A DNA stretch of 124,000 bases from Wallemia ichthyophaga EXF-994 (taxonomy: Eukaryota; Fungi; Basidiomycota): assembly GCF_000400465.1 (NCBI RefSeq), contig NW_008806276.1:144001-268000 (forward strand), given 5' to 3'. Each line of letters begins with the position of its first letter. Position 1 is the first letter of the stretch. Position numbers and translations under genes: made by a program. Shown one piece after another: positions 76,573 through 91,387 of this stretch. The notes beneath the pieces are model-generated. The model did not search any database. It had not been told where the DNA came from and saw only the letters and a list, made by a program, of their open reading frames with translations.

Positions 76573-77665
76573 ATGAAAATAGCGATTGATTTCGATGACG
76601 TGATTAGCCAGACGAACAGAGCAATATGCGAGTGGCATAATGTGAGTGATACGCGGGGGGTTAAGGATTGTGCTGATATGTAACAATACAGCGGGTGTAC
76701 GGTACGCAATGGTCGATGGATGAATTCCACTGTAGGTGAAGTGCACTAGTAGCTGGCAGCTAACGGCTAACCAAAATAACTGCAGACTACCACTACTGGT
76801 GTGTGTCTTTCTATCCCTGCTTTTCTCATTTCTCATTTCTCCTTTTTTTCTAAATGACAGGAAAAATCCCGGTTGGGGTACGCCAGCGGAGTGTCAGGAG
76901 AAAGTGCGGGCATTCTACAGTGATCCGAAGGGTCTGCACAGCACGCAGCCCGTCGCCGGTGTCAAAGAAGCTTTATTGGCACTCCAAGCGCAAGGACACG
77001 ATCTGGTGATTGTGACTGCACGCAGTCGCAGCCAGCGCGCAATGACGACAGAGTGGCTAAGTCTGCATCTCGGTGGACTGTTTGATGAGCTCTACTTTGT
77101 CGGTCAGTTTGAGGAGGAAAAGGGGGAGCATTACGGGGAAACAAAGGAGGAGCACGGCGGAGATGGAGAGACGCAGGAGAAGGCGCAGGATCAGACACAG
77201 GACACACTCAAACACACCTCCAAGCACCCCTCCAAAGCTGATATCATCGACGGAATCGATGCTGAGGTGCTCATAGACGATTCGTTGGAGAACGCCTTAG
77301 AATGCGCCAGGCACACGCGCACAAGGGGTGTATTGGCGCGCACACAAACACCTATACGCACCCTTCTCTTTTCGCCACTCCCACCCACACAAAACATCCC
77401 CATCTACCACTATCCGTGGAATGTGGAGGTGTCGCGGGTGGATAATCAGCTCGACCACCTCAGTTATGCTGAGAGGAGGGCGCGCGGATTGAAAACAGGA
77501 GAAAGCAGAGAACCGACTCAGCTGCCTCAGTTTGTAGAGAGAGTCGAGGGCTGGAAGGGTGTTACGCGCTGGTTTGCTCATGCTAATGCTAATACTCATG
77601 CTAACGTTGATGCTCACACCCACCCACACACACACACACAACAACCTATCAAGGTAGAAGCCTAG
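76573..77665 (+). CDS. HAD 5'(3')-deoxyribonucleotidase-like (NT5C) protein
   Basis: IAIDFDDV, LVIVTAR, VLIDDS motifs. Confidence 0.8.
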
Positions 77666-77724
77666 TATAGCGTCATGGAATGTAATTTGTAATGAATTAA
77701 ACACAATACACGCAATGTAATTCC

Positions 77725-78810
77725 TTATACATACCCCTGTAACGCAGCTACCTCTGCATTCATGACAGATGAAGTAGCAGCGCCGATTTGGACGTTATTA
77801 GCGAGAACGACAAACTTGATATCGAAGAGGGCGTCCCCTCTAACGCGACCGACGTTCACACCCGCGCCGTTCTGGTGGTCTCTGTCGAGGCGTGGCTGAG
77901 GTCTATCTTGTTCTTGGTGGACGGTGATGACCTGTTGTGGGGCAGAAGGAGCTCCTACGTGCTGAGCATCGCAGGTGTAAGCCGACAAAGCTTCCATGAC
78001 CTGCTGCGGTGATGGTTTCACCTTAGATGCAAATTTTACACCTGCACACACAGTGTGACCATCGATCACAGGCACGCGGTTGCACGTAGCTGAGACTGTG
78101 AGCGGGGATTGTGCGTGGTAGTCGAATGCATCATTTTGCGCGCTCACCCCACCGAGGATCTTGTACGTCTCCCACTCCATCTTGTCCTCCTCGCTGCCAA
78201 TGTATGGGACGACATTGTCGAGTATGTCGAGACTAGGAAGACCGGGGTAGCCACTGCCGGAGATAGCCTGGAGAGTTGTGGCTTGGACTTGCTCAAGTGG
78301 ACCGAACGCCTTTTCGAGTGCGGCGAGCGGGACAACGAGGGCTGTAGTGGAGCAGTTGGCGTTGGCGACAATGTAGCCTTTAGTGAGACCCAAAGACTTC
78401 TGCTGGGCTGGCAACACGCTGTAGTGGGAAGTGTTTATGAGTGGAACAACGAGCGGTACGAGTGGATCGCGGCGGTAGTTCTTAGCGTTGGAAAACACAG
78501 CAACGTGTGCATTTCTAAGGGCATCTTCAATTGGGCCAGCGACGTCGTGATCGAGACCAGAGAAAACGATGTCACATTGTTGGAAGTGCTCGACGGTACA
78601 TTCCTCAACTTGCATACGCTGTACACTCTCTGGAATTTGTTTAACTTGCTTCCATTTGGTTACGTCTCTATACGCCTTCCCCGCAGAGCGTGAGCTGGCA
78701 CCCAAAGCCACAAGCTTAAAGAAAGGATGATTGTGTAAATGAAGTATAAATCTCTGTCCCACTGTCCCCGTAGCACCAAGTACACCAACTTTGTATTCTC
78801 CCTTTAACAT
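77725..78810 (-). CDS. HOM2: Aspartate-semialdehyde dehydrogenase
   Basis: GVLGATGTVGQRF, NANCST, QAISGSGYPG. Confidence 0.95.
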   Translation of the reverse strand: MLKGEYKVGVLGATGTVGQRFILHLHNHPFFKLVALGASSRSAGKAYRDVTKWKQVKQIPESVQRMQVEECTVEHFQQCDIVFSGLDHDVAGPIEDALRNAHVAVFSNAKNYRRDPLVPLVVPLINTSHYSVLPAQQKSLGLTKGYIVANANCSTTALVVPLAALEKAFGPLEQVQATTLQAISGSGYPGLPSLDILDNVVPYIGSEEDKMEWETYKILGGVSAQNDAFDYHAQSPLTVSATCNRVPVIDGHTVCAGVKFASKVKPSPQQVMEALSAYTCDAQHVGAPSAPQQVITVHQEQDRPQPRLDRDHQNGAGVNVGRVRGDALFDIKFVVLANNVQIGAATSSVMNAEVAALQGYV

Positions 78811-78877
78811 TTCAATATTCGTTGGCTGATTTGACGCGAGAAATCTTCTTCCCCCTCAACCACCAAACGATCACATA

Positions 78878-80160
78878 ATGCCAGCCGCAGTGACTCACCA
78901 AGCCAACAAAACTCTCCCAGACGGTCATTTCCTCTTTACTTCTGGTGCGTCTATTCCCACCTATAACATTCTTCTCATTCCCCTTTAGAATCCGTCGGTG
79001 AAGGTCACCCAGACAAGATTTGCGATCAAGTTTCAGACGCTATTCTTGACGCTTGCCTGAGAGAAGACCCTTTCTCAAAGGTTGCATGCGAAACTGCTGC
79101 CAAGACTGGTATGATTATGGTCTCTCTTTTTTTTTCTTAGGTTTTTCACTCCTCACACACCATACAGGTCTTTGGTGAAATCACAACCAAGGCACACGTT
79201 GACTACCAATCTGTTATTCGCCAAACCATCAAGGAAATCGGCTACGATGATTCTGAAAAGGGCTTTGATTACAAGACATGTAACGTCCTTGTAGCTATCG
79301 AGCAACAGTCCCCAGATATCGCCCAAGGTCTTGACCACGGTGCGCTCGAGAACCTCGGTGCAGGTGATCAGGGTATTATGTTCGGTTATGCTACCGACGA
79401 GACACCTGAGTGTATGCCATTGACCATCTCACTCGCCCACAAACTCAACCAGGCGTTGGCTGTAGCACGTCGCACCGGTCAGCTTCCATGGGTTCGTCCA
79501 GACACCAAGACACAAGTCACGGTCGAGTACAAGAAGGAAGGCGGTGCAGTGATCCCAAAGCGCGTAGACACAGTCGTCGCCTCGCTTCAACACAGCGACG
79601 ATATCTCCACCGAGCAATTGCGCACAGAAGTTCTCGAGAAGATTATCAAACAGGTTATTCCCGCTGACCTCCTCGACGAGCACACCATCTACCACATTCA
79701 ACCATCCGGTCGCTTCGTCATTGGTGGTCCACAAGGTGACGCTGGTCTTACCGGCCGCAAGATCATTGTAGACACTTACGGTGGCTGGGGTGCACACGGT
79801 GGTGGTGCATTCTCTGGTAAGGATTTCTCCAAGGTAGACAGATCTGCCGCGTACACGGGTAGATGGATAGCCAAATCACTCGTCAAGGCTGGCCTCGTGC
79901 AGCGCTGTCTTGTGCAGTTGTCCTATGCTATCGGTGTGGCTGAGCCCCTCTCCGTCTTTGTCGACTCGTACAGCACCGCCAAGCAAGGTCACAGCGATGC
80001 ACAGCTCGTCGAAATTGTTAGAAATAACTTCAACCTCAAGCCAGGTGTTATCGTTAAAGCTCTCAACCTCCAACGCCCTATCTACAACGAGACGGCTAAA
80101 TATGGTCACTTCGGTCACCAAGGCGACTCATGGGAACAGCCTGCCGAGATCAAGTACTAG
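78878..80160 (+). CDS. SAM2: S-adenosylmethionine synthetase
   Basis: [25 protein letters not shown]. Confidence 0.96.
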
Positions 80161-80808
80161 AGTGTCACATAAGGATTCAACCTCCCGTTTAAAAACACCA
80201 ACACCGTTCCATAGAAAGCTTACATATCCCTCCCCTTTCTTTCCTTCTTTGACTTGATTGTAAACATTGTACTTATAAACGTTCAACCGTGCTATCTTTG
80301 TGGTGTGCTAGTTGCCTGCCTAGAGAAGCTGCAGATTGCTTCCACTTTATTATGTATTTTCAGATTTTAAGCATCGTAGTAATTTTGTGTATGAGGGACA
80401 AACTTGCACTTAAAAATGTCTCCTTCAGCTAAAAGCTCCAATTCATTCGCGTTGATAGATGACATTTTCAAGGCTTTTAGGGCATATTGTCTAATCGAAC
80501 CACTGACATGTAATTTGATAGACATTGCAGAAAATAATCAGATTTCAAGCGAATTTGTTGTGAAAGTTAAAGATGTATCCAATAAAACTAATTTAGCTGC
80601 TAAGGATTTAGCAGCCGAAAATTAAGATAAAATTTTTTGGTGTTCGTAAATTACATTGGTCACTGAGATAACAAGGCAGCTAAGCATCTAAGCTGTCCAA
80701 CTGCTGTATAAACTGATGGAGGAAGGACATTGACTGGATATGAGCATCTTTATGTACGCGTTCATTGACAGTGTGTCTGTGGTGTGGTTGGTTAGATGTG
80801 AAAATCGA

Positions 80809-82419
80809 TCAAGCTCGAACGCACATGTCCTTGGTCAAACTCGCATCGAAAGCCTCAAAGCGGAAGATATTCCTTGTGAGACGCCAATAATGGCGAGTGT
80901 CAGTATTACCGGCCATGAGATGAGGGCTGACGACGAGATCACCACCGAAGACATTCCTGAGAGAACCTACGAGTGTATCCCACACGTGACCACTCGTTGG
81001 TGTGTTGGGCGCGGGGTCGAGGGGGCTACCGAACACCTCCACCTGCACTGTACCGACGCCAAGTTCCGCGTCACCGACCAGCTTCCCGTCGAAACCCACA
81101 AAAGCCATCCCGAGCTCCTCAGCGTAGGGTTGTAGGAGGGATGTGAGATGCTCCTTCAAGCCGTGCACACTCCCCGCGACATCTATGCGCTGGTTGAAGA
81201 CAGCGGACGCGACTTCCGGGAGTGCGTTAACCTTGACTCCCCCCGCAATGAGATCAGCAGCCTGACTCGTCTGGATGAGGTAGCGGTCGCGCACATCGTG
81301 CTCTGCCACAGTGCGCGCTGCCTCCCCCCACAGACGCGTATTGGGAAGCTGTTGGCGTAAATGGGGATCAATCGCATCGAGCGATGCGGGGGAGTGTTCG
81401 AGCAGACACTGCAGATGTGTTGTGAAGGGGTTCTCCACGGCGAGGTGGGGTGCATGGGGATGTGCCTCCATGTGTGCTATTAGCTGTGCGAGGTATCCGA
81501 TAGACGTGTGGGGAGGTGGGATTGAGGAGTGGCCCCCGCGCGTCGCCACTGACACCTTCACATCTAAATACCCCTTCTCCTTCACGGCTGGAAGGGCAAA
81601 GGGGGTGGAGTGGCTGTGCAGGTCTAGCAAACCACCTTCGTCGAGCACTGCAATAGCGATATCACTGTCACTGTCACTAGTGGCGTACTTGTCGTGAATG
81701 CGCTCGCTAAGGTGCTTCGCACCCCGAGGGCCGCTTATTTCTTCATCGAAGCCGAACGACAGGATGATAGTGCGGCGTGGAGTAAACCCGGCATTAATGA
81801 GACCCTCAATTACTTCATAGATAGACAGGAGGAGGTTCTTGCAGTCGCCAGCGCCGCGGCCGTGCACCCAGCCATCGGGATCGATGTGACCCGAGAAGGG
81901 AGGCGCATCCCATCTGTCGACGGAGGTGGGGTCTACAGGTACGACATCCGCGTGCGCCATCAGAATAAGTGGTTTGAGGGACGCATCACTCCCGCGCCAT
82001 TCGTAGAGATTGCCATAATGGTTCACTGTCTCGTGAGAGAGCGTGGCATGGACTGCAGGGAAAGCGCGCTGGAGGAAGGCGTAAAAAGGCGGGAAAGTGT
82101 CGTAGCGTGTGTCGTTGCCGGGCTCGCGGAAATCGTCGTAGGAAATTGTCGGATAAGTGACACTCTCGCTCCAGCGCTCGATACTGCCATCAGGAACGCG
82201 GAAAGGGATAGCAGGGGAAGGGAGTGATGGTGCCTGTGCTGGACATTGAATCGGACTATCTGCTGCTGCTTTATCCGCCGAAGAATTGGAAAATAGCAGC
82301 GCGATGCGTGAGATGAGGTAAAGCGAGAGAATGACGCCAGCGATGAGAGGTCTCTTCCATCTGCTAGAATACGCTGCTGCTGCCGCTGCTGGGCGCGGAA
82401 GCGATTGCTTATCGGACAT
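80809..82419 (-). CDS. CPS1: M20 Gly-Xaa carboxypeptidase (membrane-anchored)
   Basis: LMAHADVVP, GRGAGDCK, FGFDEE, GGHSS motifs. Confidence 0.85.
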   Translation of the reverse strand: MSDKQSLPRPAAAAAAYSSRWKRPLIAGVILSLYLISRIALLFSNSSADKAAADSPIQCPAQAPSLPSPAIPFRVPDGSIERWSESVTYPTISYDDFREPGNDTRYDTFPPFYAFLQRAFPAVHATLSHETVNHYGNLYEWRGSDASLKPLILMAHADVVPVDPTSVDRWDAPPFSGHIDPDGWVHGRGAGDCKNLLLSIYEVIEGLINAGFTPRRTIILSFGFDEEISGPRGAKHLSERIHDKYATSDSDSDIAIAVLDEGGLLDLHSHSTPFALPAVKEKGYLDVKVSVATRGGHSSIPPPHTSIGYLAQLIAHMEAHPHAPHLAVENPFTTHLQCLLEHSPASLDAIDPHLRQQLPNTRLWGEAARTVAEHDVRDRYLIQTSQAADLIAGGVKVNALPEVASAVFNQRIDVAGSVHGLKEHLTSLLQPYAEELGMAFVGFDGKLVGDAELGVGTVQVEVFGSPLDPAPNTPTSGHVWDTLVGSLRNVFGGDLVVSPHLMAGNTDTRHYWRLTRNIFRFEAFDASLTKDMCVRA

Positions 82420-84463
82420 GGTGGTAGTGGAGATACCATCAATCACATCATCCAATTGCACAAGTTATTCATAATAAATCAGCGGCAAAAATACTGTGAT
82501 TTATGCTGTATCACGTATTCATTTCAATCGTGGGCTCATTCATCACTCAGGAATTTCCACTTTGAGGCTTTCGATGGGAGTTTGACGCAGGTGGACAGCT
82601 TAGAGGCTGAGCATAACGGTCATCTTAGTATTTCCCTTGCAAATGAATTATGAAATGACTTCAAGAATTGTGGACTAGTTGCTTTCAAGGGGCGCATATA
82701 TAAGACCTTGATGACAAACAAGGGTTTCTCTACCTTATTAGAAAACATCAACAAAATTCTCGATTCCTCAATTAGCACTGGGATATCCGACTTTGATTTG
82801 TTTGAAAAGCATTGTGCGTATAAGTCTCACTCACTTCTTCGTTATAGAGACCAGCTCAATGACAAGGATTGATCATGGCTAAGAATCGAGAATTATGTGG
82901 CCAACAGTTATCATGCCCAAGACACAATCACTCAATCTTCTGGCTAGTCTCATTGCAACATATGAATAGAGTGTTTTGACTTTCAGCTACCATTTCTTCG
83001 ACGACTACGTAAATTATATCTTGGATACTTCTTTCACTTTCTTATCGTCCTTTGTTGTAAAACGTTCATTTTCTATCATAATGATTGACCACTCCGCATC
83101 AGTTCATGGAATTCATACTCGTTTTGAAGCAGGTACATGGCAATTTGTCCTTCTTAAACTTAACCGATTTATTACATGCTACTTCCCATCATTCATGCGC
83201 GTCCATTAATGTGGCTCGAGATGAAGGTGTGGAGCAGCGCCACGATGTTTGCTTAAGCTGTTAAAAAGTCATCAATGAACGGACACGAATGAATCAAGTA
83301 ATGTGTCAGAGAAATCTGTCAAATGCGTAGGTATATGGGATTTATGTTATGAATATTTGTAACATTTTCACTAACATCGGAAACATAGAAATGTATCGCG
83401 CGAAAGCAATCGAGACTGAAAATAATCTATCTGATAATATTCATCTGATTAATTTTCAGCTTGATACACGCCTTGAATACCTCTCCTGACGTCCGCAGGG
83501 GCCTGGATGAGGTGGAGTTGTTTTTATAGGAGATCGAACATTGGCAGGTGATCAAGAAATCAGGGGACTTATTTCGGTGGTCGCCAATAGGTTAAACTCA
83601 GATCAAGCGCTAATAATCTATATCTGCATATCTTATAGGTGACTCGGTTCCTGCATTTTCATTTCGATGCCGATGTCTCAATACTTCAGACTGTATCAGC
83701 TTTCACGAGCAGCTTTATTAATTACATAGGTAATTCTAATTTAGCCCCGACCATCACTCACTATGTTCAATCAAAGATAAGACTTTATACCATTGGTATT
83801 GTCAGGGCTCGTTTAGTAGATACCAGGGTGTCCTGAGACTTTATCCTAGTATTTGAGCTCTTTTTCAACAAATTATCCATCAACAGTATCCAAATTGCCC
83901 AGATCGCTCTGATACCCGACCAAATGAACACATTATTAAACTCTAGTTCTAATTTCATAGGCTTTCAAGACTCTCGAATAAACTCTTTAACAGATATTTG
84001 TTCAGATGGCACTTACTTAGATGCTCATTCGCTTAGCTATCCAACGGCTGTTGACAAATATCAAGTTATTAATATCTCGAAATAAACGCATTGATAGACA
84101 GAATTAGCCTAGCTGTAGACATATTTCCCCCATCCGACAATAAGCGATTTACTCATCTAAAATATCCAAACGAAGGTTATGTATACATATAAGTAGAGGT
84201 GTACAAGTATTATGGTCCATCCATTCTAGTCCTTCCTGGTACCAGAAATGAGTGTTACAGATGAGATTTTTTTTGATTAATAGACGCGTCATTTTCCCAA
84301 TGACTAGCGACTGAAACTTGAAGACTTGATAGAAAAGAAAAATAAAAGCGTATCGTCCATTTCAAGAAGACTCCAAGAATCCAAGACTCTATCGGATGTA
84401 CGTCGTTGAAGCGTGAGTAAACATAAATTGTTCATAATTTGCAATTACTTATCGTGCAGCCAT

Positions 84464-85890
84464 CTAAATGGACAATGCAATAATAGTGGTGAGAGTAATT
84501 GCAATAGGGAGGATGAAGGCTGGTTGGTAGCTAGATGGAGCGGCGGATTCGCCGAAGCTGTCAGCATCGCCTACAGTCTGAGACGGCACTGTGCCAGCTT
84601 CAGTTTGGCTAGCCTTTGCATTTTCTGAAAGTTCCGCAAAACCGACAGCTGGTGGAGAGTATCTGAAGACAGTGTAGTAGTTCTTCATGAACGTGTCACC
84701 GAGGACCCACTCGAGACGGTTGTCAGTACCTTGAGTAGAACCAGAGCTGAGTGCAAATATTGCACCCTGGCAAGTCCCGTCGCTAGACTCGTTAAATTTG
84801 AGATCTTCAGGGTTGACTGCGTAAGGTGTACCATCGATTACAATCTCAATATTGGGATTCGTGGTGCAAGGGTAGAACCAATAGCCTTGGTAGTTGCCAG
84901 TGCCCTCTTGTGCGCCTTCAACAGCCTCCCAGATCTTTGCAATGTCGTCGTGAGGACCGCCGATGAGGGTAGTACCAGAATCAACACCTGCGCCGACAGT
85001 GATAGACGGGGAAAAAGCAGTAGAACCATCGACATTAATAGCGGTCATTTTAACTCTCCACCAGTCTTCACCCAAAATGCTGTGGTAAGAGACGTTGCCT
85101 GTGTAGAGCGAGTCGTCGAGTTCACCTAGAGTGAAGACACCGCCGGGTTCCAAAGACTGAGCCTGTCTGTTGGAACGCATACGTGTGAGATAGAATGACA
85201 TGGTATGGTCATCGCTGATCTGGCCATTCTGGACGAGTTGCTCCCAGAAAGGAGTACCGACATCTTGGGACAATTTGGCCCAAGCGAGACCCATGATACC
85301 CGAGACAGGAGCAGAAATGAGAGACGAGGTGACCTGATCGACGATGGCCAATGGGGAAGACGAGAGTTTGTAAGCGCCCAATTGAACGTCATCGGTAGCA
85401 TCGTAACCAAAAGCCTGTCCGGAGCCGTAAGTGACGGAGAATCCGTCCGTCCTGTTCTCAAAAGTGCTGCTGGTTTCGGGATCGTAGCCATTTCCAAACT
85501 TACCTTCCTCGGCGTCCGAGAGAGCCGAGTCGATGATCCACAGAGCCGAGGAGCCCGTATCTAGAATGACTTGGAACGTCTGCTGCGGGGTGCCGATGCC
85601 GATAGTCGCGTAGTAAGCGCTGTTGAATGATTAGATTATGTCATATGTGATCAATAACCCTAGACTCACGCATCGATATTTTGGTTTGTGAGTGCGATAA
85701 TTGATCTGGTGGACATTCTCTCGCGGCCGAGAAGCAATGGATGGCCGTACTTAGCACGCTGCTTGAGGCCTTGAGCGTATGCCCATTCCTGTGTGTCTGA
85801 ATTGCGTATGGAGTGGTAGATTGGGAGAGAGACGCTGCTAGCGAGCGCGACTGCAATCTCTGCAGCCAAAATTATTATTTTCAACAACAT
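84464..85890 (-). CDS. Secreted, probably GPI-anchored A1 aspartic protease
   Basis: Signal peptide, ILDTGSS and VDSGTT catalytic motifs, hydrophobic C-terminus. Confidence 0.88.
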
Positions 85891-86368
85891 GGTCGTTGTG
85901 GGTCAAGGAACAATGATTACGCTGCTGTGTAACTGTGCCCAGGCTTTCCGCCGAATTTCTGTGGATCACAAGAGCCGAGATATTGGAGTTATGGCTAAAA
86001 ATATGCTAAAATTTCGTTATCGATTTTAGATATTTATACTTTCCTTCCGCAGCTGGTCAAGCATACTTAATTACTCAGTGCCTGTGCGAAGTGCTTGTCG
86101 TTGTACCTCGATTCATTCTAGAGACGGAAATTTGAAGGAAAATGGCCCCGTTTTGATCTCTTTCATATTCCACTACCCACACCGGTCCACTAATTGTCTA
86201 GTTTACTCGGCTGCGGCGTCAAAATTTTATACTACCCATCTAGCACTAGAATCGATATTAGCATGGCTATACAACTCCAAATATACTCATACTCCAAATA
86301 AATCTCTAATATCCACCCAGATAGTGCCATCCCTCTATCATCTCAACCATCATCATCTAAATTACAAG

Positions 86369-88206
86369 ATGGTACTAGCAGGACTCGGAAGGCAGCTGAA
86401 TACAGCGTTGAACTCATTCAGCAAGGCTAGCGTTGTTGATGAGAAGGTGAATAGCCCCCTTGCTTTCATTCCACTCTCCTCACACTCCTCCAGACACTCG
86501 ACGCACTTCTCAAGGAAATCTCAAAGGCCTTACTCGAATCTGACATCAACGTCAAGCTTGTAGGTAACCTACGCAACCACGTCAAGACCCGCGCTTTGAA
86601 GGAGATCAAGGAAGCCAATGCTAGCACAAATCACCAAAAGTCAAAGCAGATTGTACACAAGGTGCGTTAGGCATAGAATGCGCGTTTGGCTATAAGCTAA
86701 CATCCACAGGCTATCTTTGATCAACTCGTCGCTCTCGTTGACCCACAGGAAGACCCTTACAAGCCAACGAAAGGGAAAACTAACATTATCATGGCTGTTG
86801 GTTTACAGGGTGCCGGTAAGACCACATCCTGCACTAAACTCGCAGTCCACTACCAAAAGAAGGGCTTCAAAGTAGCTCTTGTGTGCGCAGATACCTTCAG
86901 AGCTGGTGCATTCGACCAACTCAAGCAAAACGCTACAAAGGCTAAAATACCCTTCTACGGCTCTTACACTGAAACTGATCCCGTAGCAATCTCAGTAGCT
87001 GGTGTTCAACAATTTAAAAAGTCAAAATTCGACGTCATCATTGTTGATACCTCTGGTAGACATAAGCAGGAGGAGGATTTATTCGAAGAGATGGTAATGA
87101 TTAGCCAGGCTGTCAAACCTCAAATGACGGTACTCGTTATGGACGGTGCGATGGGTCAGGCTGCTGAATCTCAAGCTAGCGCTTTCAAGCAGAGTTCCGA
87201 TTTTGGTGCAATCATTGTCACTAAAATGGATGGTCACGCTAAAGGTGGTGGTGCTATCTCTGCAGTCGCTGCTACTCAAACACCTATCATTTTCATCGGT
87301 ACTGGTGAGAATTTGCACGATATAGATACCTTTAGACCTCGTCCATTTGTTCAACAGCTACTCGGTATGGGTGATATGCAGGGATTGATGGAGCAAGTTC
87401 AGGATGTAGCCATGTCCGACCCCGACAAACAAAAGGAACTCGCTAAGAAGTTTGAGCAAGGCAGCCTGAGTATCAGAGACTGGTCTGAACAGATTAAGAA
87501 TGTAACTAAACTAGGACCTATCAGTAAGATAGCAGGTATGATACCGGGACTCAACGCCGACATGATTGGACAAGGTGGTGACGATGAGGCTAGCAAGAGG
87601 ATAAAAAGAATGCTCTTCATCACCGATAGTATGACGGTGAAGGAGATGGATAGTGATGGTTCAATCTTCCTGCGCAAAGGCACGGATGGGAAATATGTTG
87701 GAATGAGCAAGCGTGCACTTCGAGTTGCCAGGGGATCAGGTACTAGTGTACGCGAAGTTGAAGAACTGTTGGTGCAATATACGATGATGAAGAGCGGTAT
87801 CCTCAACATGATGAAAGGGCAAGCGGGTGGAGCTGGTGGAATGAAACCAGGTCAGCCGGGTATGCCATCGAGAGATCAGGTACAACAGATGCAAAAGATG
87901 ATGCCACCACAATTACTTCAAAAGCTGAAGAGTGGAGGTGGACCTGAGATACTACAGCAGCTGCAACGCGGACAGATTCCAAAAGGAATGGATCCAGAAA
88001 TGATGGAAAAGATGGCACAACAGATGGGAATGAATCCAAATGCGATGGGCGGCGGTGGTGGAGGTATGCCACAGTTGCCTGGAATGCCACAGATGCCACA
88101 GATGCCACAGATGCCTGGAATGGGTGGCGCAGGTGGATTCAATCCAGCATCTATGCTCGGCGGAATGGATTTCTCGAAGATGGCAGGCATGTTCGGTGGT
88201 AAATAG
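86369..88206 (+). CDS. SRP54: Signal recognition particle 54 kDa subunit
   Basis: [28 protein letters not shown]-rich tail. Confidence 0.96.
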
Positions 88207-88747
88207 AAATATCACGTTGTATTTTAAAATCGTTATAATTTTGTTTTCTTAAGGTGTTTGTGATGTAGATATATGCAGGAGGTAGCTCTGCTCTCTCAAA
88301 GCCGGGTGTTAGTAGCCGATGATTCGTCGATCAGCTGATCCTTATCAGCTATATCAGCCATGTATCATTTCCTAATTATCTAACAGACCTTGAGATTAAT
88401 TGAATCTGATATAGCATTTCTATAGGCCAGCAACCAAAGACATCTGCAATTGTGGGCTGAGCTGCGAAAATCTTCTTTTGTTCACACCGCATTAATTATT
88501 CCACACTCGCGAATCTTCGGAAGCTTCCACGGGTATTTTCTTGTCCGTTTTATTGCCTTTGGGAAGAAATGGGTCCCCTAACAATTACTTTTTCAATGGA
88601 CTTTGAGTGGCAAGGGGGCAAAATGAGTTTGTGTATCTTGTAGCATTATAATACACTATAATGCATTAAAATATTAACAAATCAATTAGAAACCAAGTCC
88701 GGCGCATCTCCGCTGAGGCTCCGATGCCGCTCCGTAACCGATCTAGT

Positions 88748-88810
88748 TCCGCTAGAAGGCGAGTATGATATCAGTAGAGTAAGCGAGCCAACTCCGCTAG
88801 AAGGCGAGTA
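88748..88810 (+). repeat. 18-bp perfect direct repeat TCCGCTAGAAGGCGAGTA x2 upstream of PUT2
   Basis: Copies at 88748-88765 and 88793-88810. Confidence 0.8.
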
Positions 88811-88887
88811 GATTTTAATTTGGAAGAGACATCCAAGGATTTGCACTCGCCAGTCCTTAGACCTCAACGACCAAATACAAATACAAA

Positions 88888-90728
<1,841 letters not shown>

Positions 90729-90799
90729 GACAGCTAAAATATGATGTATAATGTAATGTAATTGGTTTTGATTGAAAATAACATGGTATAACAAAGCAT

Positions 90800-91327
90800 C
90801 TAAAACAAAGCCTCGAGCGTCATCTGCTTGAGTATATCTGTAGCAGAGACCATATCGGAGAACTCAGCAAAGGAAAGTCTGCCATCGCCATCCTTATCGC
90901 CTTCCATGATAGTCTTGTCTACGATTTGCTGGAGTTGCTGATCACGTAGATTATTTCCAACCATCATTTTAAGGACGATGTAGAGTTCGCCGTTGCTAAT
91001 GTATCCATCGCGATCCATGTCGTACACTTTGAATGCAAACTTGAGCTTCTCATCCCTGCCACCGCGGTTACTGAAAGCGCTCAAACCGCCAACGAATTCC
91101 TGGAAATCAACAGTCCCGCCACCATCCTCGTCGAAAATGGCAATCATTCGATGAGCGAGTGGATTATTGGCTACTTGTGGTATCTGTAGGAACTCCTCGC
91201 GGTCAATAGACCCACTACCGTCTCTATCCAGCTTCATGAAGCGTTTCTTGAGCCGCTGGAGTTCAGCAGCGGTGAAATTAGAGTTGCGTTCCAAGTCTCC
91301 TAGAAGTTGTGAACCTGATTGACCCAT
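90800..91327 (-). CDS. CNB1: Calcineurin B regulatory subunit
   Basis: MG myristoylation start, four EF hands. Confidence 0.96.
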   Translation of the reverse strand: MGQSGSQLLGDLERNSNFTAAELQRLKKRFMKLDRDGSGSIDREEFLQIPQVANNPLAHRMIAIFDEDGGGTVDFQEFVGGLSAFSNRGGRDEKLKFAFKVYDMDRDGYISNGELYIVLKMMVGNNLRDQQLQQIVDKTIMEGDKDGDGRLSFAEFSDMVSATDILKQMTLEALF

Positions 91328-91387
91328 TTGAGATTGAGTGCTTTCGTCAAGTCGTCGTAGTTTTGAGAGAGGAAACCAACGACAATC

